Notes under the pieces: model-generated | The model's input: only the letters and a program-made list of their open reading frames with translations | What the model was told of the DNA's origin: nothing | Databases searched by the model: none | Translations under genes and position numbers: made by a program | From: Candidatus Doudnabacteria bacterium | GTDB lineage: Bacteria > Patescibacteriota > Doudnabacteria > UBA920 > O2-02-FULL-48-8 | DNA length: 64,000 nucleotides | Direction: 5' to 3' | NCBI GenBank assembly: GCA_016182875.1 | Contig: JACPFQ010000010.1 | Coordinates: 1,268-65,267 of the forward strand | In this document: piece after piece, positions 50,118-58,364 of the stretch | Layout: each line of letters opens with the position of its first letter | How positions within the stretch are numbered: position 1 is the first letter of the stretch

Positions 50118-50345
50118 CTTCCTCCTAACGAAAAGCGCCGACCTTGTGGGTCGGGCTTGGGTTGAGATGTCTTAGAATTGCGGACTTTTACCTATGACCA
50201 AAGCCGACCCTGTGTGTAATGGCCAACAACAAACCCAGAAGGTTTATCGCCGGTCGGCTGTTCATAGTAAAGCCATTCTAGCACCGGCAAAAAGCTAGGT
50301 CAAGGCAAAAAAAGAAGGGCCGGAACGGGTCGACCCTCGAAAGAT

Positions 50346-50422
50346 TGGCGCCGCAGGCAGGATTTGAACCTGCAACCTCCGGTGGTGGGTCCCGGCGCTC
50401 TGCCAGACTGAGCTACAGCGGC
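50346..50422 (-). tRNA. tRNA-like gene with non-canonical anticodon loop (acCCAcc; nominal Trp/CCA), possibly pseudo-tRNA or att-site tRNA
   Basis: Perfect D-arm (gctc/gagc) and T-arm (gcagg-ttcaaat-cctgc), U8, GG in D-loop, CCA end. Acceptor has one U·U mismatch; anticodon stem has a G·A mismatch; C33 replaces U33. Confidence 0.45.
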
Positions 50423-50440
50423 ACGCTTAGTGGCTAATCC

Positions 50441-50659
50441 TTAACGGGTGGCCGCAGCGCGGCCGCGCTTGATCTCGTTGAGGTAGAGCAAATGCGTGAT
50501 TTGCGTCTGAAGCGCGTTGTAGGCCGGGTGGCCCACAGGGGTGCGCGTCAGCTTCTTGCGCAGGCGTCGGGCCTCACGTTCACGAGCGGCAATCACCCGT
50601 TGAACTTCGGCGTTGAGGTTGAGTCCCAGTCCCTTGCCTTGATCCGGCGATGCAAACAT
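50441..50659 (-). CDS. small Arg-rich protein (island ORF)
   Basis: AGGAGG RBS; 72 aa. Confidence 0.4.
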   Translation of the reverse strand: MFASPDQGKGLGLNLNAEVQRVIAAREREARRLRKKLTRTPVGHPAYNALQTQITHLLYLNEIKRGRAAATR

Positions 50660-50669
50660 ACGGCCTCCT

Positions 50670-50870
50670 CTACGACATCAGTTCATCGGGTTTCGGGGTG
50701 GCCAATGGCCGACCCGAAGCTTCCGCAGCGGGCACGAATCCCTTGGCGGCGGGGAGATCAACCAACGTGGCTGATGAGGCATCACAGCAGCTGATGCAAT
50801 GCGCGCCTTCCTCGTCCACCTTCACCTTGGGATGACCACGGTAGTCAGTAACTTCTGCTCCACTCTTCAC
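50670..50870 (-). CDS. small Cys-containing protein (island ORF)
   Basis: GGAAGGAGG RBS with GTG start; contains HCISCCD. Confidence 0.35.
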   Translation of the reverse strand: MKSGAEVTDYRGHPKVKVDEEGAHCISCCDASSATLVDLPAAKGFVPAAEASGRPLATPKPDELMS

Positions 50871-50993
50871 GGTTTCCTCCTTCCAGGGCTGCCATTTCCT
50901 GAAAATCTGTCATTCCGGACTTGATCCGGAATCCAGTTTTTCTGGATCCTGAATCAAGCTCAAGATGACAATATTCTCGCAGCCCGTGATACA

Positions 50994-51018
50994 AAAAATC
51001 CGACCTTTCCGGTCGGTT
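50994..51018 (-). terminator. rho-independent terminator (ccgacc-ggaaa-ggtcgg + T6) downstream of the four-helix-bundle gene
   Basis: Hairpin plus T-run on the minus strand. Confidence 0.5.
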
Positions 51019-51206
51019 CTATGTTACATGATCTATACTACATGCTACATGAAATTACCGACCGCGAGCTCGGAAGAAATAAAACCAGAAAGACTGTGAG
51101 GAGGTAGATAAATTCATATCCTTTACCAAGTATATGCTAAGCAAAAAGCCTTGTCAAACAGAGAGCGTAAAGCTAAAAACGAAAAGCGTAAAGTAACAGT
51201 TTAAAA

Positions 51207-51581
51207 TTAAAATTTACCTTTAAGCGTCAAAACACTGGCGCCAAGAATATTAGCTATTTCTGTGGCTTCCTGAAGTAAACGATTTGCTTCCTCTTTTGGC
51301 GCTAGTCCTGAATCTATTAAAAGTCCGAGCCAAAATTTTGTTTCATTCGAGGATTTCAATGCATGTGTGAAAAAATTAGTAAAATCTTTCTTAGTTCTGC
51401 CTGCTTGTGCTTCGATTATGTTTGCGCCAATGCTGGTTGCGCTTCTTAAGACCTGTTTTGCCATTACTTGAACACTTAAATTTTTCTGATCGAGCTTATT
51501 TACAAAGCTTATAACATCCAGAGCAAATCTATAAGCTCTAGCTTTTAAATCTATTTTGACTTTTGCACTGTTATTTTGCAT
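51207..51581 (-). CDS. four-helix-bundle protein (23S rRNA intervening-sequence protein family)
   Basis: Family-typical AYRFALDV...LRSATSIGANIIEAQ...ETKFWL motifs. Confidence 0.75.
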   Translation of the reverse strand: MQNNSAKVKIDLKARAYRFALDVISFVNKLDQKNLSVQVMAKQVLRSATSIGANIIEAQAGRTKKDFTNFFTHALKSSNETKFWLGLLIDSGLAPKEEANRLLQEATEIANILGASVLTLKGKF

Positions 51582-51596
51582 TTTTCGCTTTACGCT

Positions 51597-52478
51597 TTAC
51601 GTTTCCAATTTGTTAACCTTATCCAAAAAACTGTTCAGCTCTTCCTGGGAGTAAAACTCGATGGTGATTTTGCCAGTCTCGCCGTTTTTCTGCACTTTGA
51701 CCTTGGTCCCGAGTTTTCCTCGCAGTTCCGACTCCAGCGCCGCCGCTTCGGGATTGACCGGCACCCTGGGCGCCCGCTGGACCTTGGGCCGGTCCAGAAT
51801 TTCCCGTGAGCGTTCTTCCGCCTGTCTTACAGTCATGTTCTCAGCCACAATGGTTTCAAAAAAAGCCAGCTGCTTCTCCATACCCGGCAAAGTCATGATG
51901 GCGCGGCCGTGGCCTTCGGAAATTGCCCCTTCGGCCACAGCCCGCTGGATCCGAAGCGGCAGATGAAGCAGGCGCAGAGTATTGGTGATGGTCGTCCGGT
52001 GCTTGCCCATTTTCTTCGAAATTTCTTCCTGGGTCATCTGGTACTGGTCAATCAACTGCTGATAAGCCATGGCTTCTTCAATGGGGTCCAGATTATGCCG
52101 CTGGATATTTTCTATAAGCGCCAGTTCAAGCTTATGGCGTTCTTCCACCGTGTCGCGGACAATCACCGGGACTTTTTCCAAACCGGCCAATTTGGCCGCC
52201 CGCAATCTTCGTTCGCCTACAATCAGCTGGTACGTGCCGTCATCGACTGGAATCACTACCAAGGGCTGCAAAATTCCATGCTCACGGATCGAATCCGCTA
52301 GCTGCTGGAGAGTGTCAGGCGCAAAAACCTTCCTTGGCTGCCAAGGGTTGGGCTTGATGAGATCAATCGAAATTTCGGTGAAATTCAAAACCGGCAGATT
52401 AGACGGGGGCGGAACAACTTTGACCTCGTGATTTTCTGTTTCTTGGCCTGTCTGCGCAGTCGTTAAAGTATTATCCAT
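51597..52478 (-). CDS. parB: ParB/Spo0J partition protein
   Basis: ParB box (LIVGERRLRAAKLAGL), HTH and C-terminal dimerisation region. No parA adjacent. Confidence 0.85.
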   Translation of the reverse strand: MDNTLTTAQTGQETENHEVKVVPPPSNLPVLNFTEISIDLIKPNPWQPRKVFAPDTLQQLADSIREHGILQPLVVIPVDDGTYQLIVGERRLRAAKLAGLEKVPVIVRDTVEERHKLELALIENIQRHNLDPIEEAMAYQQLIDQYQMTQEEISKKMGKHRTTITNTLRLLHLPLRIQRAVAEGAISEGHGRAIMTLPGMEKQLAFFETIVAENMTVRQAEERSREILDRPKVQRAPRVPVNPEAAALESELRGKLGTKVKVQKNGETGKITIEFYSQEELNSFLDKVNKLET

Positions 52479-52687
52479 GTAAAAATCTTAACAAAAGAAA
52501 TAAAAAAAGACCAGTTATACTGGATTCTGGTGCCGCGGGAGAGAATCTTCATTCGCCGCTGAGGCGGCTCAACCTGGGGCAGCGCCGGAAGCTGCGTATA
52601 CTCGCTTCCGTCGATCGTTCGGCTGCGTCTGATGACTTGCCTCACTTCTGCCCGTTCGATTCTGCTCTAAAACTTTTTCAGATTCTC

Positions 52688-52760
52688 TGGTGCCGCAGGA
52701 GAGAATCGAACTCTCATGGGATTACTCCCGCACGATTTTGCCTGTCCGCCGAAGCTTTAG
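52688..52760 (-). other. tRNA 3' fragment (type-II-like variable arm + T-arm + CCA) without detectable 5' acceptor strand; ~25-nt direct repeat of its 3' end at 52519-52546
   Basis: gagag-ttcgatt-ctctc T-arm and ctgcggc-a-cca end, but no complementary 5' strand was found within 95 nt. Confidence 0.4.
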
Positions 52761-52813
52761 CGAAGGCGGAAGTCAGTGTGCGCCCCGCACCAGTAACACT
52801 ATTTACATGCAAG

Positions 52814-52900
52814 TGGTGCCGCTGGTCGGAATCGAACCGACATGGCCGTGAGGCCACACGATTTTGAGTCGTGCGTGTCTGCCTGTTCCACCACAGCGGC
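52814..52900 (-). tRNA. tRNA-Leu (anticodon CAA), type II
   Basis: Acceptor gccgctg/cagcggc, D-stem gtg/cac, anticodon arm cacga-ctCAAaa-tcgtg, variable arm ggcc-tcac-ggcc, T-arm gtcgg-ttcgatt-ccgac and CCA. Confidence 0.8.
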
Positions 52901-53013
52901 CCCACTTGAAAATAAAAGTAAGTTACGGTGCGGAGTAAATCTGCCTGCTTGCCCCGTAGCGAACGCTAGTTCTGCTTCGGGGTTCCGCCACCGCGGCGTG
53001 GTCGCACTATATT

Positions 53014-53784
53014 CTACAAAATTATCCACCAAAAAACAAGAGCGACGATGATGCGATAAATGCCAAAGCTGACGAAAGAATGCTTTTGGATAAAGCTAAG
53101 CAGGAACTTAATCGCACCCATAGCCACCAAAAAAGACACGATAAAACCCACGGCCAAGACTTCAAACTGGTCAAGACTGAATTGACCTGTACTTTTGTAC
53201 AAATCCAAGCCTGTGGCCGCGGCCATGGTCGGCACTGCCAAAAGAAACGAAAATTCCACGATGGTTTTTCTTTTTAGATTCAAAAGCAGGCCGCCCAAAA
53301 TGGTCGCCGCGGCCCGCGAGACCCCGGGTATTATGGCCACTGATTGAGCCAGCCCGATCAGCGCCGCAGTTTTATAAGGCATGCTGGCGATGTCCTCGGA
53401 AGCGTCTGGTTTTTCTTTGTGCCAATACTCAAACAAAATCAAAGCTATGCCTCCCAAAAGCAGTGACCAAAGCACGACTTGTTCATTGCTCAAGAGAAAT
53501 CCTTTTACAATGTTATAAAGCAAGGCCCCAATCAGTGCTGTGGGAATAAACGCGGCTAATATTCTTTTTAGCGTTTCCAAGCTGACAAAAAACGACCGCC
53601 AGTACAAGACGACCACGGAAAGTATCGCCCCTAGCTGTATGGCAATCTCAAAGCTTTTGAGAAATTCAGTCTGCCCCAAGCCTAAAAGCTTGGAGGACAG
53701 AATCAAATGGCCGGTCGAGGAAATCGGTAAGAATTCGGTAATGCCCTCGATGATGCCGAGAACGATGCTATCTAGAATACTCAT
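53014..53784 (-). CDS. uppP: undecaprenyl-diphosphatase
   Basis: Contains GIIEGITEFLPISSTGHL, BacA-type. Confidence 0.85.
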   Translation of the reverse strand: MSILDSIVLGIIEGITEFLPISSTGHLILSSKLLGLGQTEFLKSFEIAIQLGAILSVVVLYWRSFFVSLETLKRILAAFIPTALIGALLYNIVKGFLLSNEQVVLWSLLLGGIALILFEYWHKEKPDASEDIASMPYKTAALIGLAQSVAIIPGVSRAAATILGGLLLNLKRKTIVEFSFLLAVPTMAAATGLDLYKSTGQFSLDQFEVLAVGFIVSFLVAMGAIKFLLSFIQKHSFVSFGIYRIIVALVFWWIIL

Positions 53785-53895
53785 AGTGAATCGTTTAAAG
53801 GTTACGAGACCCGTTTCGTTATACGGCTACGTTCAACGTCTAACTCTCAACGATACTGGCATCGTTACCGTCTAACGCTAAACTATAAGCTAAAA

Positions 53896-55131
53896 CTATA
53901 GCCCAGGTGCCGGAAAATTCTTGCAAAACCGCTTTACTTCCTGCTTGACTTTTGCGGCAATGGATGGATCCGTAATCACAGCCGCTATCCAGGATGCGAT
54001 TTTCTGCATTTCTTTTTCTTTCATGCCGCGGGAAGTCACGGCTGCGCTTCCCAACCGAACACCGGAAGGATCCCAAGGTTTTCTCGGGTCTTGTGGAATG
54101 CCGCTTTGACTCGTGACTATCCCGGCCGATTCCAAAAGTTTTCTGGCGTCCAAACCCGTAATGTTTTTGTTAGTCAGGTCAACAATCATCAGATGATTGT
54201 CCGTGCCGCCGGAAACAATTTTGAACCCGAAGTCTTGCAACGTGTGGGCCATGGCCTTGCAATTCTTGACCACTTGTTCGGCATATTTGCGGAAGCCAGC
54301 CGTCTTGGCTTCCTTCATGGTTACGGCAATGGCCGCAATCGCGTTGATGTGCGGACCGCCTTGCATGCCCGGGAAAACTGACTTATCAATGGCGGTGGCG
54401 AATTTATCTTTGCACATGATGATGGCGGCTCTCGGTCCTCGCAAAGTCTTGTGCGTGGTCGATGTCACGACATCGAAGAATGGGATCGGCGAGGGGTGCG
54501 CATCCGCGGCAATCAAGCCGGCAATGTGGGATATATCAGCCATAGCTACGGCCCGCACCTTGTCGGCGATTTCTCGAAACTTTTTGAAATCTATTTCGCG
54601 CGAATAGGCTGTATAGCCGCAAAGAATCAATTTCGGATTGACTTTGTCGGCCAGCTTCAAGATTTCCATGTAATCAAGCTTGCCAGTTTTGGGTGACAAG
54701 CCATAATGCACAAACTTATACGTTTTGCCGGTAAAGTTCACTGGTGATCCGTGAGTCAAATGTCCGCCGCTCAACAAATCCAAAGCCATGATCGTGTCTC
54801 CCGGCTCGAGCAATGCGTTGTAAACTTCGAGGTTCGCCGGACTCCCGGAATACGGCTGAACATTGACATGCCAATCCAGCGGCAATTTGAAGGCTTCTCG
54901 CACCCGATCGCGGGCCAATTCTTCGACCTGGTCAACGATTTCGCAGCCGCCGTAATACCTTTTACCCGGATAATTTTCCGCGTATTTGTTGCCGAGAATC
55001 GAACCAAGCGCTTCCATGACTTCCTTGGAGGCGAAATTTTCAGACGCGATCAAATCCAAGGTTTCCATTTCTCGTTTGCGCTCTCTTTGAATTAAATCGT
55101 AAATTTGCGGGTCTTTAGTTTTTAAGCTCAT
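53896..55131 (-). CDS. glyA: serine hydroxymethyltransferase
   Basis: PLP-Lys region TTHKTLRGPR; 411 aa. Confidence 0.9.
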   Translation of the reverse strand: MSLKTKDPQIYDLIQRERKREMETLDLIASENFASKEVMEALGSILGNKYAENYPGKRYYGGCEIVDQVEELARDRVREAFKLPLDWHVNVQPYSGSPANLEVYNALLEPGDTIMALDLLSGGHLTHGSPVNFTGKTYKFVHYGLSPKTGKLDYMEILKLADKVNPKLILCGYTAYSREIDFKKFREIADKVRAVAMADISHIAGLIAADAHPSPIPFFDVVTSTTHKTLRGPRAAIIMCKDKFATAIDKSVFPGMQGGPHINAIAAIAVTMKEAKTAGFRKYAEQVVKNCKAMAHTLQDFGFKIVSGGTDNHLMIVDLTNKNITGLDARKLLESAGIVTSQSGIPQDPRKPWDPSGVRLGSAAVTSRGMKEKEMQKIASWIAAVITDPSIAAKVKQEVKRFCKNFPAPGL

Positions 55132-55227
55132 AATGTCAATTATTAAATTAATAATTTTGAATTTCGATTAAATTTTAAAAATTCGAATTTCGAAATTTAT
55201 TCAAAATTCAGAATTTATAATTCAAAA

Positions 55228-56385
55228 TTATTTCCTCAGTAGTCCATAAAACATTGTTAGAATTCCTACGAACGCAAATACCCAAAACACATTGCCGGTG
55301 AGGGCCAAAATCACGATGCCGCTAAGCGCCGTAAGCACTTTTCCTATGGCCAGGCTGAATTCGTAAAAAACCGAATAAGCGATGGCATGCTCCGAGCCTT
55401 CACTGCCGGCCAAATCATAAGTTAAAGAAATCATAGGGACGTTGAGAAATCCCTTGCCGGTTCTAGTTAAGGCATCAAATGTCAACACCGGCCAGAAGCC
55501 TTTCGCCAAAAACCGAAAGACCCACGTTAGTCCATAAACCAGTGCTCCCACTTGCACCAATTCAACTTTCGATAAACGATCCGTAAGCTTTCCTAAGTAC
55601 AACATTATCACGGTTGCAATTATACTGGCAAATGTCGCTATCGTTCCCACATGGAATACGGAAGAGACGGTAAGAAACATGAACACCGGCCACAAAGTCA
55701 TAATCATCAAGTCTTCCGCATAGCCCCAGTATCCTAAAAAGTTCAATGGATACCTGCGAAAAACTTTGATGAAATTTCTAAAATGAAATTTGTGCCGGGT
55801 ATAGACTTCCTTCGACCGAAACAGCGGATAAACCGAAAACAACATTAGGATTGAGCCGACTAAAAACAACGCCTGAAAACCATAAAAATAAGAAATCGCC
55901 CCGCCCAACAAGGGACCTACGATAGTGACCAGTTCAATGGTCGAAAACAATACTGCCACTTCCCTGCCGCGCTGGGATTTTTGCGAAGAAATCGCGACCT
56001 CGGCGTCATACGCCGGCCAAAAAAGCGATTTCTGAATCGCCAGCAAGACTGGAGCGAAATAAAAAAGGCTCGCATATGAACCAATTTGGTAAAGCGTCAG
56101 CCAATAAAGCACGTAGAAAACCGAACCCAGGAACATGGCGTGCTTATAGCCGATGAGGCTGGTGACTCGGGCTCCGCCAAAAATCAAAACGCTGTACCAG
56201 AAGTAAACGAACGCATAAAAAATAAGGATTTGGCCAAGGCCATACCCGAGCTTGTAAAGAAAAATTGGCTCAAAAATGAAGGTAAGCGTAAGCGCCAAAT
56301 TGAAAAAAGCCGCGCTCCAATACACTTCCTTGACTTCGCGGTTAACGTGATGGGAAAAATAATGCGGGATGTGAGGATGAATCAT
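55228..56385 (-). CDS. polytopic membrane transporter (MFS-like)
   Basis: About 12 hydrophobic segments; 385 aa. Confidence 0.5.
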   Translation of the reverse strand: MIHPHIPHYFSHHVNREVKEVYWSAAFFNLALTLTFIFEPIFLYKLGYGLGQILIFYAFVYFWYSVLIFGGARVTSLIGYKHAMFLGSVFYVLYWLTLYQIGSYASLFYFAPVLLAIQKSLFWPAYDAEVAISSQKSQRGREVAVLFSTIELVTIVGPLLGGAISYFYGFQALFLVGSILMLFSVYPLFRSKEVYTRHKFHFRNFIKVFRRYPLNFLGYWGYAEDLMIMTLWPVFMFLTVSSVFHVGTIATFASIIATVIMLYLGKLTDRLSKVELVQVGALVYGLTWVFRFLAKGFWPVLTFDALTRTGKGFLNVPMISLTYDLAGSEGSEHAIAYSVFYEFSLAIGKVLTALSGIVILALTGNVFWVFAFVGILTMFYGLLRK

Positions 56386-57749
56386 TTCAAAGCTTTTTCT
56401 ATCTGTTTCTTGGTGATTGGCCCTTCTCTTAATATTTTAACATGTTCAATCAAAGAAACCACTGTGGATGGCTTTGTTTTCGGCAGTCCGCCGCCGTCCA
56501 AAAATGTTATATTCGTACTTAACTTGGACTTAGCAAATTGTTTCTTAACTTCCGAAATGGAATAACAATCAGGCCCACCGGCGATATTGGCCGAAGTGGT
56601 GGTGATTGGCTTGCCAAGTTCTTCAACTAAAGCTCGAGCTAATTTGTGCGCCGGATACCTTACCCCAAGCGTCCTAGTTCCTGCCGAAAGCATTTGCCAG
56701 GATTTACCTTTGGCCTTAAGCGGCAAAACAATCGTCAACGGCCCCGGCCAGAATTTTTTTATCAATTTCTTGGCGTGAGTATTAAGTTTGACTATTTTGC
56801 CAATACTATAATACGGCGCAGTATTAGAGTAAGAGCAAATAACGTGCACTGGTTTTTTAAACCCCCGACCCTTAAGCTTATACAGCTTCCTGACGGCAAT
56901 AACATTAGTTGCGTCCACGGCCAGGCCATAAGAAGTGTCCGTGGGATAAACCACAATACCGCCAGCCTTCAGGGTTTTTACAGCCTTTGAGACTGACCCC
57001 TCACCCCTAGCCCCTCTCCCTTTGGGAGAGGGGAACCCTAGCGCTTTATCCAAAGCGTCAGGCCGCAGTTCCCTTCTCCCATCGGGAGAAGAAATTCCCT
57101 CCCTCATCTCCCGCCGGGGGCTTGGCCGAAGGCCGGATGAAGGGTTGCCGAGCTTAAACTTTTTTATCACTCGCGTTACTTGATGCCAAAAATTAACTTC
57201 AGTAATCGCCACTTCTTGAGGAACGAAATTCAATCTGAGTCCTTTCCACTTTTGTGCAATCGCTTTTGCGTCAAGTGGATTTTTAAACATTGCCAAGGTT
57301 ATATGAGGGTAAAAATTTTTCAGAATATGTCGGCTGCCAAAATTCTTTCTATATTCCAGCCCCTGCTTGCTAACATGTTTGCTCGTTACCGGCATCATTC
57401 CCGTCCTTAGATCCCTAAGCGAGTAAACCATTGCTTCATGCAACGCTCTCAGCCTTTTCGAGTTGCTTAAACCAATACCAAACCAGGAACGGCCAACTTC
57501 ATTACCTACATCCAAAGCGATAGATCTAATTTCGGGTAGTTTATGTTTTTTTATAACATCCTGAATTATCTGTGCCATCTTTTTGAGTTTTTGATTAGAA
57601 GAACGAATATGGAATAAACTAACATGCGGGATCAGTATTTTATTATCCACAACAAAAATATGCGGATACCCTTGAGCCGCATGTTTTATTTGCGTTCCGA
57701 GTTTGTGTCTAAGCTCCGCCGGCGGCAGAATGACTATATCTAACAGCAT
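56382..57749 (-). CDS. continuous ORF: N-terminal 2H phosphoesterase (LigT-like, two HxT/S motifs) - GC-rich hairpin linker - C-terminal TsaC/YrdC (L-threonylcarbamoyladenylate synthase) domain
   Basis: PHVSLFHI and PHITLAMF (2H motifs); GGIVVYPTDTSYGL (YrdC motif). No stop across the 56996-57146 hairpin element. May be two genes with alternative start MREGISS at 57107. Confidence 0.55.
   Translation of the reverse strand: MLLDIVILPPAELRHKLGTQIKHAAQGYPHIFVVDNKILIPHVSLFHIRSSNQKLKKMAQIIQDVIKKHKLPEIRSIALDVGNEVGRSWFGIGLSNSKRLRALHEAMVYSLRDLRTGMMPVTSKHVSKQGLEYRKNFGSRHILKNFYPHITLAMFKNPLDAKAIAQKWKGLRLNFVPQEVAITEVNFWHQVTRVIKKFKLGNPSSGLRPSPRREMREGISSPDGRRELRPDALDKALGFPSPKGRGARGEGSVSKAVKTLKAGGIVVYPTDTSYGLAVDATNVIAVRKLYKLKGRGFKKPVHVICSYSNTAPYYSIGKIVKLNTHAKKLIKKFWPGPLTIVLPLKAKGKSWQMLSAGTRTLGVRYPAHKLARALVEELGKPITTTSANIAGGPDCYSISEVKKQFAKSKLSTNITFLDGGGLPKTKPSTVVSLIEHVKILREGPITKKQIEKALK
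56996..57146. repeat. GC-rich hairpin element inside the 2H/TsaC ORF
   Basis: cccctctccc-tttg-ggagagggg; cccttctccc-atc-gggagaag; tggccgaaggccggatgaagggt, as at 18841. Confidence 0.6.
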
Positions 57750-57757
57750 AATCTTGA

Positions 57758-57785
57758 TACTGCAATACGGGAAAGTATTGCAGTA
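57758..57785. repeat. palindrome tactgcaatacg-ggaaa-gtattgcagta
   Basis: Family member, between the membrane-protein stop and the 2H gene start. Confidence 0.65.
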
Positions 57786-57787
57786 TT

Positions 57788-58360
57788 TTACAATTTTCTT
57801 CTTGCAAACAATGTTTCGGCTAACTGACTTGCTACGATTGCTGCCACCAAAACCGTCAGATACCACTTGAGAATGTCCGCAAAGCTTCCCGGCATGCCGC
57901 GGTAAGCGCCGATAACCGCGGCCGTGTACCACGAAGTTATGGAAATCGAACCGAGGGCAAAAGCCAGCCTTCGCCAGTAACGAGGAATTTGCAACAACTG
58001 GCCGGTGAAAATCTGCTCCACTCTCGGAGCGACCAGAAAGTTCAACCCTATCCCATTCATGATAATTACCGCAAACACGATCATTTTGACCAAAAACTTC
58101 GGCGTTTGGTTATATGCGGAGGCGGAAGATAAATAAAGAGCCAGGCCGGAGAGGACAATAAAAATTAACGCCACCCAAATAACTTGGGAAAGCGAGCTTA
58201 ATATGGTGCTTTCTTCCTTCGTGATTTTTAGATCTTTAAGAAAGCGAAAAAATAAAAAATCGGCCACGGTTGCCGCGCCCAAGCCCACCGCGATGCTCAA
58301 AAGGTGGGCGATTAAAAACAGTTGATGATATTGTTCCGCTAACTCTGCCATCGTTTGCAT
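57788..58360 (-). CDS. hypothetical membrane protein (4-5 TM)
   Basis: Hydrophobic 190 aa. Confidence 0.45.
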   Translation of the reverse strand: MQTMAELAEQYHQLFLIAHLLSIAVGLGAATVADFLFFRFLKDLKITKEESTILSSLSQVIWVALIFIVLSGLALYLSSASAYNQTPKFLVKMIVFAVIIMNGIGLNFLVAPRVEQIFTGQLLQIPRYWRRLAFALGSISITSWYTAAVIGAYRGMPGSFADILKWYLTVLVAAIVASQLAETLFARRKL

Positions 58361-58364
58361 GGGT

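Noticed and set aside
52688-52900. tmRNA (ssrA) hypothesis for the tRNA-like 3' ends
   Set aside because: The ~350-nt span needed would run through the intact tRNA-Leu. No GGGG...5' acceptor partner or tag-peptide reading frame was found.
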